Shown piece by piece: positions 1 to 14,800 of a stretch of 64,000 nucleotides of DNA. The stretch is from Intoshia linei (lineage: Eukaryota > Animalia > Orthonectida): assembly GCA_001642005.1 (NCBI GenBank), contig LWCA01000012.1:1-64000 (forward strand), given 5' to 3'. The notes beneath the pieces are model-generated. The model was given only the letters and a program-made list of their open reading frames with translations, was not told the origin of the DNA and did no database searches. The stretch's first letter is position 1; each line of letters begins with the position of its first letter. The translations under genes were made by a program, and so were the position numbers.

Positions 1-200
1 AAGGTAATGTGAGAAAGTTTCTTAAGTACATTATGTATGTCATAATTATGATGATCAATGCGAATTGCAACTGTTATTTTTAATTTTTAGGCGATAAACG
101 ATCAATTAAAGAATGTATAAACGTCTTAATTTTAAAAAAAATTACAGGGGTCAACAATTTCCATATGGCTCGGGTCTACTACTGGCTCTCCAGTGTCCTG
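1..200. mobile_element. Right end of hAT-type MITE, same family as 5665-6514, cut by window edge
   Basis: Sequence parallels 6340-6514 and ends ...GGCTCTCCAGTGTCCTG versus ...GGCTTTCCACGGCCTTG. Confidence 0.65.
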
Positions 201-1245
201 TCTGTGAATCACTATTTATTAAGAAAACCGACTGTCCAAAATATATAAAAAACTCAAAATCAAAGTTATTTACCTGATAAAAGATAACTTTCTCGACTAA
301 ATCCGCAAATTACCGTTTTTTAAAAATTTTAGAATTTTAAAAAACAAAAATATTTACGACAGAGTTTAAAATTACGACACTGTCACAAATTTCAACCTCA
401 GAAACGTGCATCATCACGTCAAAACCTCAAATTATATATTATTTTGAAAAATAAAGAGGTAAAATTTTAAAAATAATAAAAAATGATACATATTTATCCA
501 GTTCATATACACGAAAAATTTAGATTTCACAAAGTTCCGTCTTTACGGTCAAAATAGAACTTTACTATCCTTACTCTTTACTAACCTTTGCATATAAATG
601 AGTGCCAGTGTGTTACCGTTTGATTTATAATGAAGTCACTTTACTCATACTTGAAGTGTCCTAGAATTTAAAAAAACCCAATTTCTAATAGTTTTTCGAC
701 AGTTTGGTTTATCGCAAATTTGAGTTTGAGAAACTATCTTTTTTTTTGTAAAAAAATGAATCCTTGAATTAAAAAAATAAATAAATTAAATTCTGAGACC
801 ATTATTAAAATTATTAACACATATATCAACTTAGAAACTTCATCTTTTTGGCCACAACCACTAATTAAATATTTTTCTAAAATTTAATTGTTTCATTAAA
901 TTTCTATAAGTTAAATATTTAAATAAAAATTAACTCGAGACTCATAATTAGGTTTTAAAATTAAAATTTAATAATATCAAATTAAGCTGCTCAAACTAAA
1001 CTCAAGACTAAGATTAAACTAATCAACTCGTGAGTCACGACTAACTTATTCATCAAAATAAATAATTTTAATAAGAATAAAATAACAAAATAAAAATAAC
1101 ACTGACCGAAAACTGATAAAGTTTATCTTCAACTAATGTTTCAAAATAAACATTGTTCCCAATAGATTCGTTAGTAACATAAATAAAAACAAACACAATA
1201 AAAACTTTATTTGTTTAAAATTTTAACATTTAACAAACTTGAATT

Positions 1246-2536
1246 ATGCTTGAAGGAAGACTGGAAGATACACGTGAAGATTCTGAAATTTCAAATCGTA
1301 ATTATAGATAATTAATTAATAATTACTATATAACACAGGTTTGGTAAATTTAATGTAATATGCACATTAGGGTATCACATTTTTATTAAAATTTAGATTT
1401 AAATTAATTTGACTTGTAAAATTAAAGCAAGCATGGTAGCTGATTTTTACAATTTAATTTTACAACCGAGCCATACCACACATTTCAATAATAAAATGTG
1501 TTTTGGTTTAAAACTAGTATCTAATTCTTGGAAGTTTCAGAAAATTAACCAAATTTTGTGAACATTATATTATAATTATCCTATTATTAACAGATGAGGA
1601 TGTTAAAAAGAAGGGGCGTGGATTCAACACTTCCAGGGTAAAGACTGGAATAAAAAATTATGATACATTAGACACGCACGATAAATCTGCTGTACCAACA
1701 AGATGTATTTATTCGAAATAGTTAATTTTATAATAAAAATCTTAGCTGTCGAAGGATGGATTCTAATCGTCCGAAATCTGGATAAAGAACTTCATGAAGA
1801 TGATTTACGTGATGTCTTTGAAGAGTATGGAAAAATAAAGAATTTACATTTAAATATTGAACGACGAAGTGGGTATATCAAGGTACACAATTATAAAATC
1901 ATTTTTAATGTAAATTCCAAAATGTCTAATGTAGGAAATTTTAGTAATATTAATAATATAGTAGGGACATTAACCTGACCACTTTTTTAAATATATAATC
2001 TAAATCTGTCGCTATTGCTGCTTTTTATCTATGTATTACAATGAAACTTGGCTACAGTGAAAATTTTTATATTGGAAAATTGATTTTAAAATTATTTCTT
2101 ATAGTGATTTTAATATAAATACAAATGTTACAGTAGAATTTTCAACTTGTCTACAATGGATATGACAATAATTATAGTTTTGACAACATTTTTACATAAC
2201 GAAAATGGTTAACTTTTATAAAATGGAACTTGTTATAACAACTTAATTTTAAGGTCCATTGTAGACAGGTTATCTGTATATTTTAATATTGTATTGAAAA
2301 TAACGCCAAAACATTAGATTGAAACTAGGTTTCAAGGTACAATACACATTGATTGTAATAAAATTATTCTTGCTACCATGCCCACAATAATTTTATTTGA
2401 AATTTAGGGGTATGCCTTTATTGAATATGGCACTTTTAATGAAGCCAAGATGGCAATAATGGAGATGGACAATAAGGAGATTAATGATCAAACAATTTCG
2501 GTTGATTGGACTTTCATGAGGGGTCCAATAAATTAA
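1246..2536 (+). CDS. RBM8A: RNA-binding protein 8A (Y14, exon-junction complex), 4 exons: 1246-1297, 1594-1704, 1746-1882, 2408-2536 (142 aa)
   Basis: Spliced translation gives KKKGRGF...RSVEGWILIVRNL...[27 protein letters not shown]...ISVDWTFMRGP, matching Y14 RRM motifs; all introns GT-AG and in phase. Confidence 0.95.
2131..2276. mobile_element. Small pogo/Tigger-like MITE in RBM8A intron 3
   Basis: TA|CAG...CTG|TA ends with inverted TGTCTACAATGGA / TCCATTGTAGACA. Confidence 0.5.
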
Positions 2537-3250
2537 TATGTATAACATTTTGTAAAATAGTTTAATTATTTTATAATACATTTTTTATTTCATCAGATAT
2601 GTCGCGTAACAGCAATGTACCATACAAAGCTACTTGGGATCCGTATACACGTTAGATATTACTTTAAAGGTAGTTATTTTTTTTCCAGTAAATTGTCTAA
2701 CATGATTGCATGCATTATTGATTTCTTTACTTTTTTATCGTTTTCAATTATTAGTTTAATTATCCAAATCCTTTTGTCCTCAATGATTGATGTTTGCACT
2801 AGAATAATCATTTTAATTGATGGTAATTTTTTTCTAAAAGCTATTGTTTGTGTTAAAAATGTATCCTAAAATACCCAAAGTAACGATAAAGCAACATTAA
2901 TGTAACTATCGTTATCATCACTTAGTCTAGAATGAATATACTATGTTAATTCATTCTCTACATAAAATATAATGTTTGGTATATAAGTTTCTAGTAGTAA
3001 ACTATTGAAGTTACTGCTATTAATTAATATAGTTTTCTCGTTGAAGAATGTACTTATAACTTCATTTTTATGAGTTATACACCCGATTACGTTATTCTCA
3101 AGAAGGACAAACTCGAAATCGCTATATGGAAAAAAATAAAATTCTAATTACTTGCTGTCATTAGCAATGTCGATTCTGCTTCAAATGAAATGTTTGAACG
3201 CTATTTAAAAATTTAGTTTATAATGTTAATTTAAAATTTTTTAATGTATA

Positions 3251-4084
3251 CACTCCGTTTCAAAAATAATGCAACATTATTAAAAGCTCTATAATAATTT
3301 TTACAATTATTTTTGTGGTCACAGATTAAATTTGACATTAGTAAAAATGATATTACATTATATTTAATTTAAATAATCACAAAATATTTTAATTAAAAAA
3401 TGTTATAGCAAAAAAACTAAATTTTAAATAAATGTTTCAAAAATAACGTAATTCTAAAATGGATACCATTTATTACCATAATATGATTAGCACAAATTTA
3501 TTGTCTCAAGGAAAAATTTGATGTTTTTCAACAAGACAATGCACCCATACATGTTTCAAATTCATCAAAAAAATTTTTTATGACTAAGAATGTTGAGTTG
3601 TTGTCTTGGCCACCAATGTCACCGGACCTGAACCCATTGAAAATCTTTGGGGAATTATGACTAGGGCATTATATAAGAAAAATATAAATTATTATTCGAT
3701 TGAGACACTAAAAAGGGCAATTAAGAAGGAATGGGATAGTATTAGCCCTGACATGAAATTATGAATGGTCGTATTTTTAAGTTAATAAAGGCAAATGGAT
3801 CGTTTCTTCACGAATATTAGGTAAAGCGTTGATTTTATATAATATATTATTTAGATTTAAAAAAAGTTGCGTTATTTTTGAAACACTTTTTAATTGTAAA
3901 AATTATTAAACTTTTTGATAAATTGGGTTTATATATATTTTTTCATTTGACATCTCTTAGAAAAATAAAATATGTAAACAGTTACATTAATTTTATCGTT
4001 ACAAGTTTGTATTTTCTCAATTTAATATTTTGTAAGCCTTTAAAAATAAACAAATACGAGTTGCGTTATTTTTAAAATGGAGTG
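3251..4084 (+). mobile_element. Tc1/mariner element, internally deleted, IR/DR-type ends
   Basis: TA TSDs at 3249-50 and 4085-86; TIR CACTCCGTTTCAAAAATAATGCAAC / GTTGCGTTATTTTTAAAATGGAGTG; inner copies of the TIR core near 3434 and 3866; frameshifted transposase remnant FQQDNAPIH...WPPMSPDLNPIENLW at about 3526-3750. Confidence 0.92.
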
Positions 4085-5099
4085 TACCTTAATTGATTCT
4101 ATATATGTAGTAATAATTTTCTTGTCATATTCAGTGAACTTTAAATGTACATTTGCATATATCACTAGTTTTATTAAGCCATGGAATCTGTTCTAATTGA
4201 ACATTTTTTACATAATTAAACCGTACCTCTTGAAGCAACCTTGTAATCAGCAAATATGCATTATAGATTGGTAATGAGCTTATATAAGAAATAAGCTGAC
4301 AATCAGTCGCATACTTTAACTAAATTGAGCTACAATTAAAAATATTACATTAAACCCGATATTGTTCCAAATATCTGGTTATTATTAGAAAAACTGGTGT
4401 AATGTTCCAATTGTCGTTATGTTTATCGTTTTGTTTCTTCGTTTCGCTTTTGGCAAATATGTAAAAAGCATACAAAAATGATTGTAACCGTGATTTAAAG
4501 TACCATGGACGCAACTTTATAAATTTGAGGGCCATGCTTAACCCTTCTTCATATTTTGCATTGGTTAAATCAGTAGACCAATTAAGTACATTGCATGTTG
4601 AAATTCTCAATAAATCGAATGCGTTGATAGCATCAAGTTTATTTTGACAATGGAAAACGTTTTAAAAGTATCGGTAAAGGTAAAGAATGTCATCTCTCAA
4701 CCTATCCCACATTTTGTGGACTATTGTGATTTTTATTAATCCGTTTATATCTTCTGTGATGTATTCTATACGACTTAATGGTAATAATTCTTTAGATGTC
4801 TGCAATTTGATTCGAATCCATTTTTTCATCAACTTAGACTTGAATCCTTTTTCAAATATTTCTACCGTTTCTTCGTTGGTTTTATTAATTATATAGCATT
4901 GTCATGATGATTCATTAATTTTGAGTGAAATTTGTGATGATTAACTCATATCAACGTATAAACTATTTCAAAAGATTCAGAAAATTTAGATGATATTGCG
5001 ATGAGTTGAATTACTATGAAAAGATAATCTGTTGTAGATATAATATTCAAACAAATTAAAATTTTCCAAGTAAAATGTGTAATAGTAATTCTTCAATAC

Positions 5100-5449
5100 C
5101 AGGGATGTCAATTATGCGGTCCTCGGGCCATTAACGGTCCCACTTATAAAATGTGCGGCCTGTGTTATAATATAAATTTTTATTTTTTATAACAATTTTT
5201 TACACATATTTCTTATTTTACAGTTTTTTCATATATTTTGCATGATTTATTTATTCATTATTACAATTTTAACATTATTTGTATACTTTCTCCATTTTTA
5301 TTGATTCATATTTCATTTTATGAATTACAATTATTATAAATTAATTAAATCTGTTAGTTTTAACATAATTTTTTAAGTAAAGATTTTTTTTTGTGCGGCC
5401 CGCGTACTAATTTTTTTTCACATTTGGCAAATTGAGTCTGACAATTCTG
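5100..5449. mobile_element. hAT MITE
   Basis: Exact 8-bp TSD TTCAATAC; imperfect TIR CAGGGATGTCA / TGACAATTCTG; subterminal GCGGCC motifs. Confidence 0.85.
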
Positions 5450-5664
5450 TTCAATACTAATGTATTGAGTGGACATATTTTTCATATTAAATTTATGCAG
5501 CAAGTAACTGATAATGCGAAAAAATTTTCAACAATTGAATGCAAATTTTTAAGATGCTGAAAATTATTAGATTAAATTATAATTGGTTGGTAATATTTAA
5601 GAGGATGTATATTATCTTTATTATTATAAATACAAAGTTAAAATATTAATTATTGCGATACAAT

Positions 5665-6514
5665 CAGGACCGTGGAGAGGGCGCTAGGGGGCCTACTTTT
5701 TAAATTTATTAATAGGTAATGTTGGAAAATTATAGTATAATATAATGTTCCATTAACATTAAAATTAGTGCCGTGTAAATAACTAAAACTAAGACTAAAA
5801 TATGTTTATAAAGTGAAGATTCGGTTAATTATTGATACATAATTGGTATTTTTAAGTATTTATTAAATTGGTACTGAATATATATAATTACATTAAATAT
5901 GACAAAATAAATTTTTATAATTTTATTTTTTTTGGAATTTTGCTATTTATGACAATTTTTAGGATTGGACTGTTTTTACTTTATTTTTAATATTATACAC
6001 ACATTTTGTCTAATAAATTAAAAAAATGAAATAAAAATTGTTTTTAAAATTCTTTACGCAAATTTTAACAAACAAAAAATCAAGATAGAGTAATTCACTT
6101 TAAAGTACAAAGTAATGTGATATGAGGGTTTCACCTGACAAAAATTTGGGAACCACTCCTTCAAAGGAATGATAATAGTTAATAGTAGGATTTTTAAATT
6201 AGATTTTCAACGTGAATTTATTTTTTGAGTATAATAAAAATGTGTCCTCGGCAGAGCTAAGTCCTGTTTGTATGTAGTACATAACAGTCAACCTAGTACT
6301 GTATAATAAATAATTACGTAGTGTATATTAACATTTTACATATTTACTGTTGATATCTTAATGATCACGTTCGAATTTGCAACGGTTATTTTTAATTTTT
6401 AAATAATGAACTATCTCTTAAGCCATATATAGATGTTCCATTTTCTTAAAAAAATTTATAGGGGCGTAAAATTTTCATCTGGCCCGGGCCTACTGCTGGC
6501 TTTCCACGGCCTTG
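5665..6514. mobile_element. hAT MITE containing a nested Helitron-like 3' end (about 6030-6296)
   Basis: Exact 8-bp TSD GATACAAT; TIR CAGGACCGTGGAGAG / CTTTCCACGGCCTTG; nested hairpin plus CTAG|T at 6296. Confidence 0.85.
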
Positions 6515-8878
6515 GATACAATACAAGATTTTATTAAATTAAAATATTAAATTATATTTATTAAAAACTTTTAAAAATATATGTGTTGCTGTGGTTGTAA
6601 TTGCCTTGATGGGTTGCCCATCTTTTGTGAAAAATTTGTTTTTTTTAAATAAAAATTTATTTAAAATTATTTAGGTATTAGGTAACTCATTTATTTTGAG
6701 TTTATAATAAACTTTATGTATAGTGTTATACTACATGTATTAGGGTGTCACATTTTTTGGAAAATTTTAAAATTCGTTGGGCAATTAGCACTACAAATGT
6801 GTATTTTTAAAATAGAAAAACTAATTCGCCATCAAAAACATTTAACGGTATCTATTCGAGTTGCGTTTGTCATTTTAAATATCCCTTTAAAAATATTATG
6901 GAGAAATTAAAACTGAACTTTAGTTTAACGGAAATTGGCGTTTGAGCTTTTAAACGTGGTACCGACTTTATAATATTGTTCTTTATGTTTAGTTATACAG
7001 TTTATTCTTTTAAATTTGTTTCTAGCTCAATTTTTTTGGATTTTATTAACGATTTAATTTCTCGAATTCTGGCAATTTACATCATTTAAATTGTATTCAA
7101 TGCATAATATGCATTGCATATAATATAAGAAGAAAGATTTTTGAGTGTTGTCTAGTGTAATCATCTCAAAAAATCGATTTAAATATAAAAAGCGACTCTC
7201 AGCAGAGGTATTTATTCTATGTACGAAGTAAATAATAGTCAAGCTAGTATAAAATAAAATTAAACAAGTAACAGATACATGAACCATTAACACATAAACG
7301 TACAAAAGTGATAATATTATTAATATTAATTAAATTAACAATAACAAATTATACACGTTACAATTAATATATTTATACTATTTATAATTATTGTCACGAA
7401 TCGTGTATCATGTATCGTGAGTCACGATACATGTTTAATCTTATCTAATCAAATCAATATCTTATCAAAATCGTTATTTACCAAAACATACTAATATCTG
7501 TTGGAATATGTTTAAATTATTTAAACAGAAACTACTTAAAACCTAGTAAAACCAATCAAAATATTTTGACAATAACTAAATTATTTCCAAAATGAGTAGA
7601 ATTGAGATAATTAAACTTAAATATTGTTAAACCTCCTTTAATCTTATATAACCTGTCGGAACCTTTATAAAATTTTTGAAAATGTATATTTTATTCTTAT
7701 GATTTATATTTAGATTATGAGTAAATAACATTAAACATTTATAAAACATAAATAATTAAGTAACATGAATATTCCCATAAAATTCACATTTAATCTTTGT
7801 CATTTTCTGTCAAATGTAAAGATTTAAAGGTTCCAAAAATTCAAATTAGTATTATAATTTAACCTTAAATTGATTGTGATATATTATTAATTTATTTTGT
7901 AAAATTTCCATTATACTGATTTAATCAAAATAGATTCAAAAATTTGATAACATCTGCCATTTGAACCATGATATTGATGAGAATTGACAGTATTAGTATA
8001 ATAGTTAATTGTATTAAAATTGTAAAAAATTATAGTTTAACATTTTTAACTTTAAATCATTATACTTGAATGAAGTAACTTGATGTTATAAATGTATATT
8101 AAGAAGAATATAGGAGTAAACTGTACTTTGTACATTAAAAATAGTATATTTTGTCGAGAACATATTTTATTGATTATATAGACATGGGAATTGTTATTAT
8201 CTGCATAATGGTATATAAAAATTTAATTGACGTGAATCATTCACGATGAATGTGACTATTCACATTCAAGAAATATTTCATTTATAGAGATAACGTGGTT
8301 GATAACACAATAGATAACGAAAATGTAAGTATTTAAATGAAATTAAAAGAACGAAACTCATAAACCAAAGTAAACTAATGTCATGTAACTAATACAAATT
8401 AATATTTACATGTTAAATTCACAAATTTACAAACTCGCAATTATGACATTTTGCTAATAAAACACCGCAATTTTCAATAAATCGATATTTTTCAAATTAA
8501 ATTAAATATTATAATGAAGATTGTGACTATAATAAAGCTGAACATCTTTTAAAGTTATCGGTTATTTTCAAGATTTAAAAATCCATACATGAAATAATTT
8601 TCCGACGAAATTTTATCAACACCATTAGATTGACAGACCATCATTTCAGTGTATCTAATGCATGTTTTAATGAGCTTGGAAACTCGTATACTTGATATTA
8701 TTGATATTTAAGTCTGACGGTACTTTGTGATGGTTACTTTTAATAACTTGTCTTTATGAAATATTTAATTTAATTCTATTCAATATTAAGTCATTTCATT
8801 TTGTTTATATATTGTGATACATTAACACATTGCAATTTATATTAATTTTTATATTTATTCACTTAATTAATTAATTAA

Positions 8879-11800
8879 ATGAAGAAATTTGATAATATTA
8901 TAACATTTATTATTCTTTGTTGCTTCTCGTTTATATTTCAAGCTGGTATATTTAATTTTTAAAAAATTAATAAATAGTAGATTCTGTATTTTGTATCTAT
9001 TTTCATTTTAGATGTGTCTATTATTAAGGGTTTAATTGTTTTATATACACGTTTTAGCTAAATCTTTTGACATATCACCTAAGGAAGCCACAATCAAATT
9101 AGGAAATTCTGCCACCTTTAACTGTTCTTTCACAAACATAAACTCAAAATTAATTACATGGATTGATCCAAATGGAGTCACAATTTCGAGTAATAAATCG
9201 AATCGATTTATTGTCAAAATTCATGAAACCTATTCACTCTTACATATCAAGAACACTCAAATTCAGGATAAGGGATTATATGTTTGCATTTATGATGAAA
9301 TGATGAACAATGCTGCTAAATGCAATCTGAATTTTAAGAGTAAGTTTTTGGAATTTTAATCAATTGTGAAAAGTTTCATTTCTGGTTAATAGTGTACAGT
9401 GTACTGTAATTGTTTGTGATGTATGTAAATTTTGACACAATACTTTTTATTGAGTTTTTAAAATTTAAAAAATACTTAGTAACGTACTGAGTTAAAAAAA
9501 CAAAGTTGAACATACTAGTAACAACCACCCTTAGATAGTATTTTTTTTATTTTTTTTATCTTAATTATGAAAAATTTTCCAAATTTATTAGATCAAGCCA
9601 AGGTGTCAGATGAAAATAATGTTCCTTGAAATTGTGAAAATATGCTCGTGAAAATTTTGTTGATTTTTATTATGAAAATTTAAATTTTGAGATTAGTTTC
9701 ACGGTCAAAATTTAATTTTATTTATTTAATTAATCATTTATTTTTTTTAATTTGCATTTATTCTGCACCAGATCGAATGGGCGTTTTGTCGATATATGCT
9801 ATTGTTGAATATCAACTCATTTATTAAAAATAATAGACCTTGACATGTTAGATGGTTATGTGACTCTTCCACCCACATGCAGAACCCAAACTTTCAGAAC
9901 CTTACCGCCCTTTTGGAATTCGTTGTTTTAAATTATTCATTTGAAAACCTTTTCTTTTTTTTTGAACATTATAACTATTTTTTATGTCGAATTTAAATTT
10001 TCAATCCAGATCGGTGGAACCGGCTGGGGGTATATGACACTATATGACATAGTGTACAGCAGCCATTCTCAACGGGGTCCATGAAAATTATACACATTTA
10101 TTCATATTATAGAAATTTTCAGTACATACATTTTAATGGTCAATTTTTTTTTAACTAACGTCATATTTTCAAATAATAAAGTCGTTTATTCAAAGTAAAC
10201 AAATAAAACTGACTTTAGTTTTAAAAAAAAGACTACAATTTTAAAATATGACGTTAACTATGAAAAAATGAATTTATGTTAGTGATTTTTAAAAAAAATT
10301 TAATTCAAATAAACTAAAATTGATTAAGATCGACATTTTTTCTTCACAGGATCGCTTATCTGCATATATTGTAAAATTGAATAATAATGTTAATATTAAA
10401 ATTTAAAAATTTGTTTAATATTAATAGTTCATCAACTTTATCATCTCGAAAAAGTAGAGTACTCTATCTCATTTGGCCATCATTCGTTTCACACAAATGT
10501 AACGATTCATTAAAAATTGTAATTATTATTAATTTTTTTGGGGTCCACAGAGAAAAAGGGTTGAGAATGTCTGGTGTACAGTGTACACTGTACAGAATGA
10601 TCCATTTTGTTGACGATTAAATAACATACAATATTAATATACGCAGTGACATTGAGTAGCTATTTCACTCAAAGCGGTTTGAGCATGGTTGGTTCTAACA
10701 CGAAAAAAATCATTATTCCTGATCAAAACTACGTATTTTTCTCAAACACAAAAACTAAATTTAGTTACAAAGGAATGAAACTAATTACATATATTTAAAA
10801 TTTTCCAGTAATTACTACATAAATAAAGATTATAATTTACAGTACAATTACAGTGTATGTCTCGTGACTAGTACGGTTAATGTAAAGTGGCCAGAAAAAT
10901 ACATACTATCACTTTTAGTTTATTTGGAATAAATTTTAAGCCAAAAATTTTTGTTCGTCATCATAGATAAGTGTTTTGGCTTTACATTTATCATCAAATA
11001 AACTCAAATTGATAGTACGTATTCAGTATCCTCTTTTAATAAGTAATAAATATTTTGTTTACATAATTAATGGATTCAACCCATTAAAAAACAATAAATA
11101 TAAAAAACGAAGGAATTAATTTATGAGATTGAAACCAATATTTCTGTATTTCAAATATATAAACATTTAATTACCATATTTTTTAAATTATGAGATGAAC
11201 ATTTAAACTTTCATTTTGAATTTTAATTCAAAAATTTAAAAAATATTGGTTGATAACATATTAAAAGTAATTTTTGACGGGGAATGCGTTAATTTCTATG
11301 GTTGAAATTTTGTATTTAGATCAACTAGAATAATATGTATTTTTTTAAAAATAAAAAAAAAGAAGATAGTAAACAGTAAATTGCTTTTTTGATCGTGAAA
11401 TCTTAACTTTGTGAAATTATTATTTTTATTGTATGTTAACTGGAAAAAGCTGATTCAATGTGATCTTTTTTAAAATTCTAGAAATTAGTTTTCTCATATT
11501 TCAAAATAATGCATAACTGGGTGTTTTGATATGGAAGGTAGAAATTTTTCATTTTCAAACTTATCTTATTATCTAAAACGGCCAAATTGAGTTAAGGATT
11601 TTTGTTTTTGAAATATCTGGGACTGTCAGTTTTCTCAATAAATGGTTACTTACAGATGCTCATTTTTAGCAGTTACTTTATACAAGCAAGGATAGTATTT
11701 AATGAATTTTTTTTCACCATTGAATTTCTTATATAAAGTTAAATAGTTTCACACTAAAATAGCGATTAGTTTGACATTATAAAGTACCCCATTGAACTCG

Positions 11801-14800
11801 TTTACTAAAAATATTATTTTTATCTCCTTCTGACTAGGGCCGCTTGTAATAAAATATTCTAGTATACTAAAATATTAAGTAGAAACCTGGGGAAGGCCTC
11901 GACGAAATGTTTATGAAATGAGGCCTCATTTTTCCATATTGTCATTTTTTAGATAAATTTAGTTTTCAATGTCATTGTTAATATCTGTCTAATTTAAACT
12001 GTCAGATCTGCACTGGAATGGAGAGGTGGCTAAGTTTTATCACCAGGACCTACTAGAACATGGGTTCTCAACCTTTTTCTATTTGGCATACCAAAAATTT
12101 AATTCACTTAAATTCGGGAAGAAATTCATCGTAGCTACGACAACAAAAAATGTAAGATGAAATGGCTTTAAATTTGAATTAGAATCATTAATCATCACTA
12201 ATTGTCACTCTATTTTTATCTTTTTTTTTGACTTATGTTAATATTTAAATATTAAAATATTTAAAAATGTTAAATTAATAAACAGAATAAGACACCAATT
12301 TAATTTATTTTTGAAACTTCATTGAAGTATAAAAAATAAAGCTGTAAAATGATTTTTATTCAAAAATTTTCTGCCACCCCCAGGGTGCCGGTACCCAGGT
12401 TAAGAACCCATGTACTAGAAGAAGAAGCCTATTATTTTGCAAATTATTTTTATTAATTGATAATTTCAAAATATCGGATAAGGCTGATTATTATTACATT
12501 CATTTTAGAAGAAACAAAAATTGTTAATGAAGAATTAATAAAAGGCGATAAAAGAATGTTGAGTTGTAGAGATTCAGACGAAAATGATGATCTGGTATGG
12601 TATTTCAATGATCAAGTGGTACCAGGTAATTTATTCGTTTTTTATAGCTGTTTACGAATATGATAAATTTCAGATAACTTAACTGATAAGTTTCTTGACT
12701 GTTTTACATTCACAGAGAGCGAGGTTTACTAAGATGCTGAGCTAATGTGTATTTATTTGTATTCAAATCTCAATATATTAAAAATGAAATATGACTGTTA
12801 TTAGTTTTTTAGTTATATAGAAATATAGCGAAAATTAAGTTATGATGATTACATTGATATTGAGCGACTTTCAAGTTTGAATTCCTTTGAGCACCTTCTT
12901 TAATACCCAATAGGGTATAGGCGCTTAAATAATTAATAACTAAAATTGTGAGAATAAAAATGGATGAAATATTTATTTTTTATACTTGCGGTAATAATTT
13001 AGGTATATATTACATTCTTTTGCATAATATTACATTTTATAGATTATCTGACGATTCTGGAAAAATCTGCAATTTATATTACAAATGCAACAAAAAACAA
13101 TATTGGTACATACCAGTGTAAAAATAAAATCTCAAACAAAACATTGGTTCAATACAATATCGACGTTTACTGTAATTAGATAATGTAGATATTTGCATAA
13201 TATTAAATCAAATTGATTTTAAACTAAATATTTTATGATGTAATTGTTTAGCTAAAAGTTCAATTTAGTAACTTATATTCAAAAATTTTTAAAATTTTTA
13301 AATTAGACAAACCAATAATATTTCAAAAATCAAATATAATGGAATATATCAGTGGTGCAGATGTAAATTTAAAGTAATTTTAGCTATATATTAAAAAAAC
13401 TTATTACTTTAGCGTATATTAGTATACACTGCATAGTGATGTCCGTATATATCGGTGGTTTCGAACCTACAATCGTGACTTATTAATTTTTAAACATACA
13501 TAATAATAAATGCATTTACTACAATATAATGATAATATTATTTCAATGCCCTTATAATATATCGTGTAGATTCTAAATCATCATTCTGACATTCTGAATT
13601 CATTTAACCAAAATAAATTTGATACTTGAAAATTGCGTCCTTTACTTTAATGGTTTTATCTTTTTAGGTTTATATACCTTCCCTCTCTTCATTTTAATGT
13701 GAACATATCTATAACTATTATACCTACATTTAAAATATTTTTTATTTTATACATTAATATAACAATAATAGATGTGAAAATGATGCTAATCCCAAGGCAT
13801 TAATTCAATGGACAAAAATTGTAATTAAATTATTATTTATTAAAATAAAATATTATATATTTATAAAAAATCAATATTGACTCACCAACTTTGAGACACA
13901 TCAGTAATCATTGCGTAAATATTTATTATATTCAAAGATGTATGGCTAAGACCGTGTATTATCAATTTCGAATTGGTTTATAGTGGGTTCAGAATTAAGT
14001 CTTTCAGGGCAACCCAATTTTTTCTTTTATATATAAATAAAATCAACCCAAAAATTTAATAAAACAAAAATTCTGGGGCGCGCTGTAAAATCATTAACAT
14101 TATGTTAAATATCAGCCTGAAAACGCACATCTTCATGGTCAAAACCAAAAATTACCTTTGTTTTAAAAATGAAATATGTCATTAAATTTTATAAAACATA
14201 AATTCTGAAATAGTTTTTTAAATCATAAGAATTAATGACAAATATCAAAAAAGTACATTTTCACCTTCAAAATCATCAATTAAGCTGTTTTTAAAAAATG
14301 AAAACAACCCTAAAAATTTTAAAACAATTTCAGATCATACAGTTATATACAGTTAATACACATAAAAAAATTTAATCTGGCAAAATGACACCTTCACGGT
14401 CAAAAAGGCACTTTAGTATTTATTTGTAGTTTAGTATTAGTACTTATTTGTAGACTATCTTTTTTTTAATAATTTTTCAAATGTTTGCATTAAAAATGGA
14501 AATGTAAGTATTCATCCTACAATTTCAAAAAAAATGTGCATTGAACGTCTATTCATTTCCAATAAATAAATATGGGTGAAAATCTGTATAATTCATTCCT
14601 TTTGAAATTTTTTCTTCCTTTTCTTGATTAAATTGAATGTATTTATGTGTTACCGTTTATTTTAAAAATTAACTGACCTAGAATTAAAATAAACAAATTT
14701 CTAATATATTTTTATGATAATACTGTTATATCGCATATTTTATTTTCAAAAATGTAATTGTTTAGCGTAAAAACTATTTCCATTTTTTTTAAATTTAATT

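Larger units (their letters stand above)
2674..7284 (-). pseudogene. Decayed spliced gene of unknown family (exon-like blocks about 2674-2865, 3152-3200, 4088-4192, 4227-4319, 4356-4900; possible hydrophobic 5' exon near 7080-7284)
   Basis: GT-AG-bounded, mostly phase-compatible blocks. The long block reads ...DDILYLYRYF*NVFHCQNKLD... with an in-frame TAA, and further stops lie upstream. 5' limit uncertain. Confidence 0.4.

Noticed and set aside
4356-4900. Stop-codon reassignment to explain in-frame TAA/TGA
   Set aside because: Conserved genes here (RBM8A, NME8, eIF3e, serpin) have no internal stops, and TAA, TGA and TAG all terminate genes in this window
13440-13480. tRNA or SINE from a minus-strand B-box (GGTTCGAAACC)
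   Set aside because: No A-box or cloverleaf found
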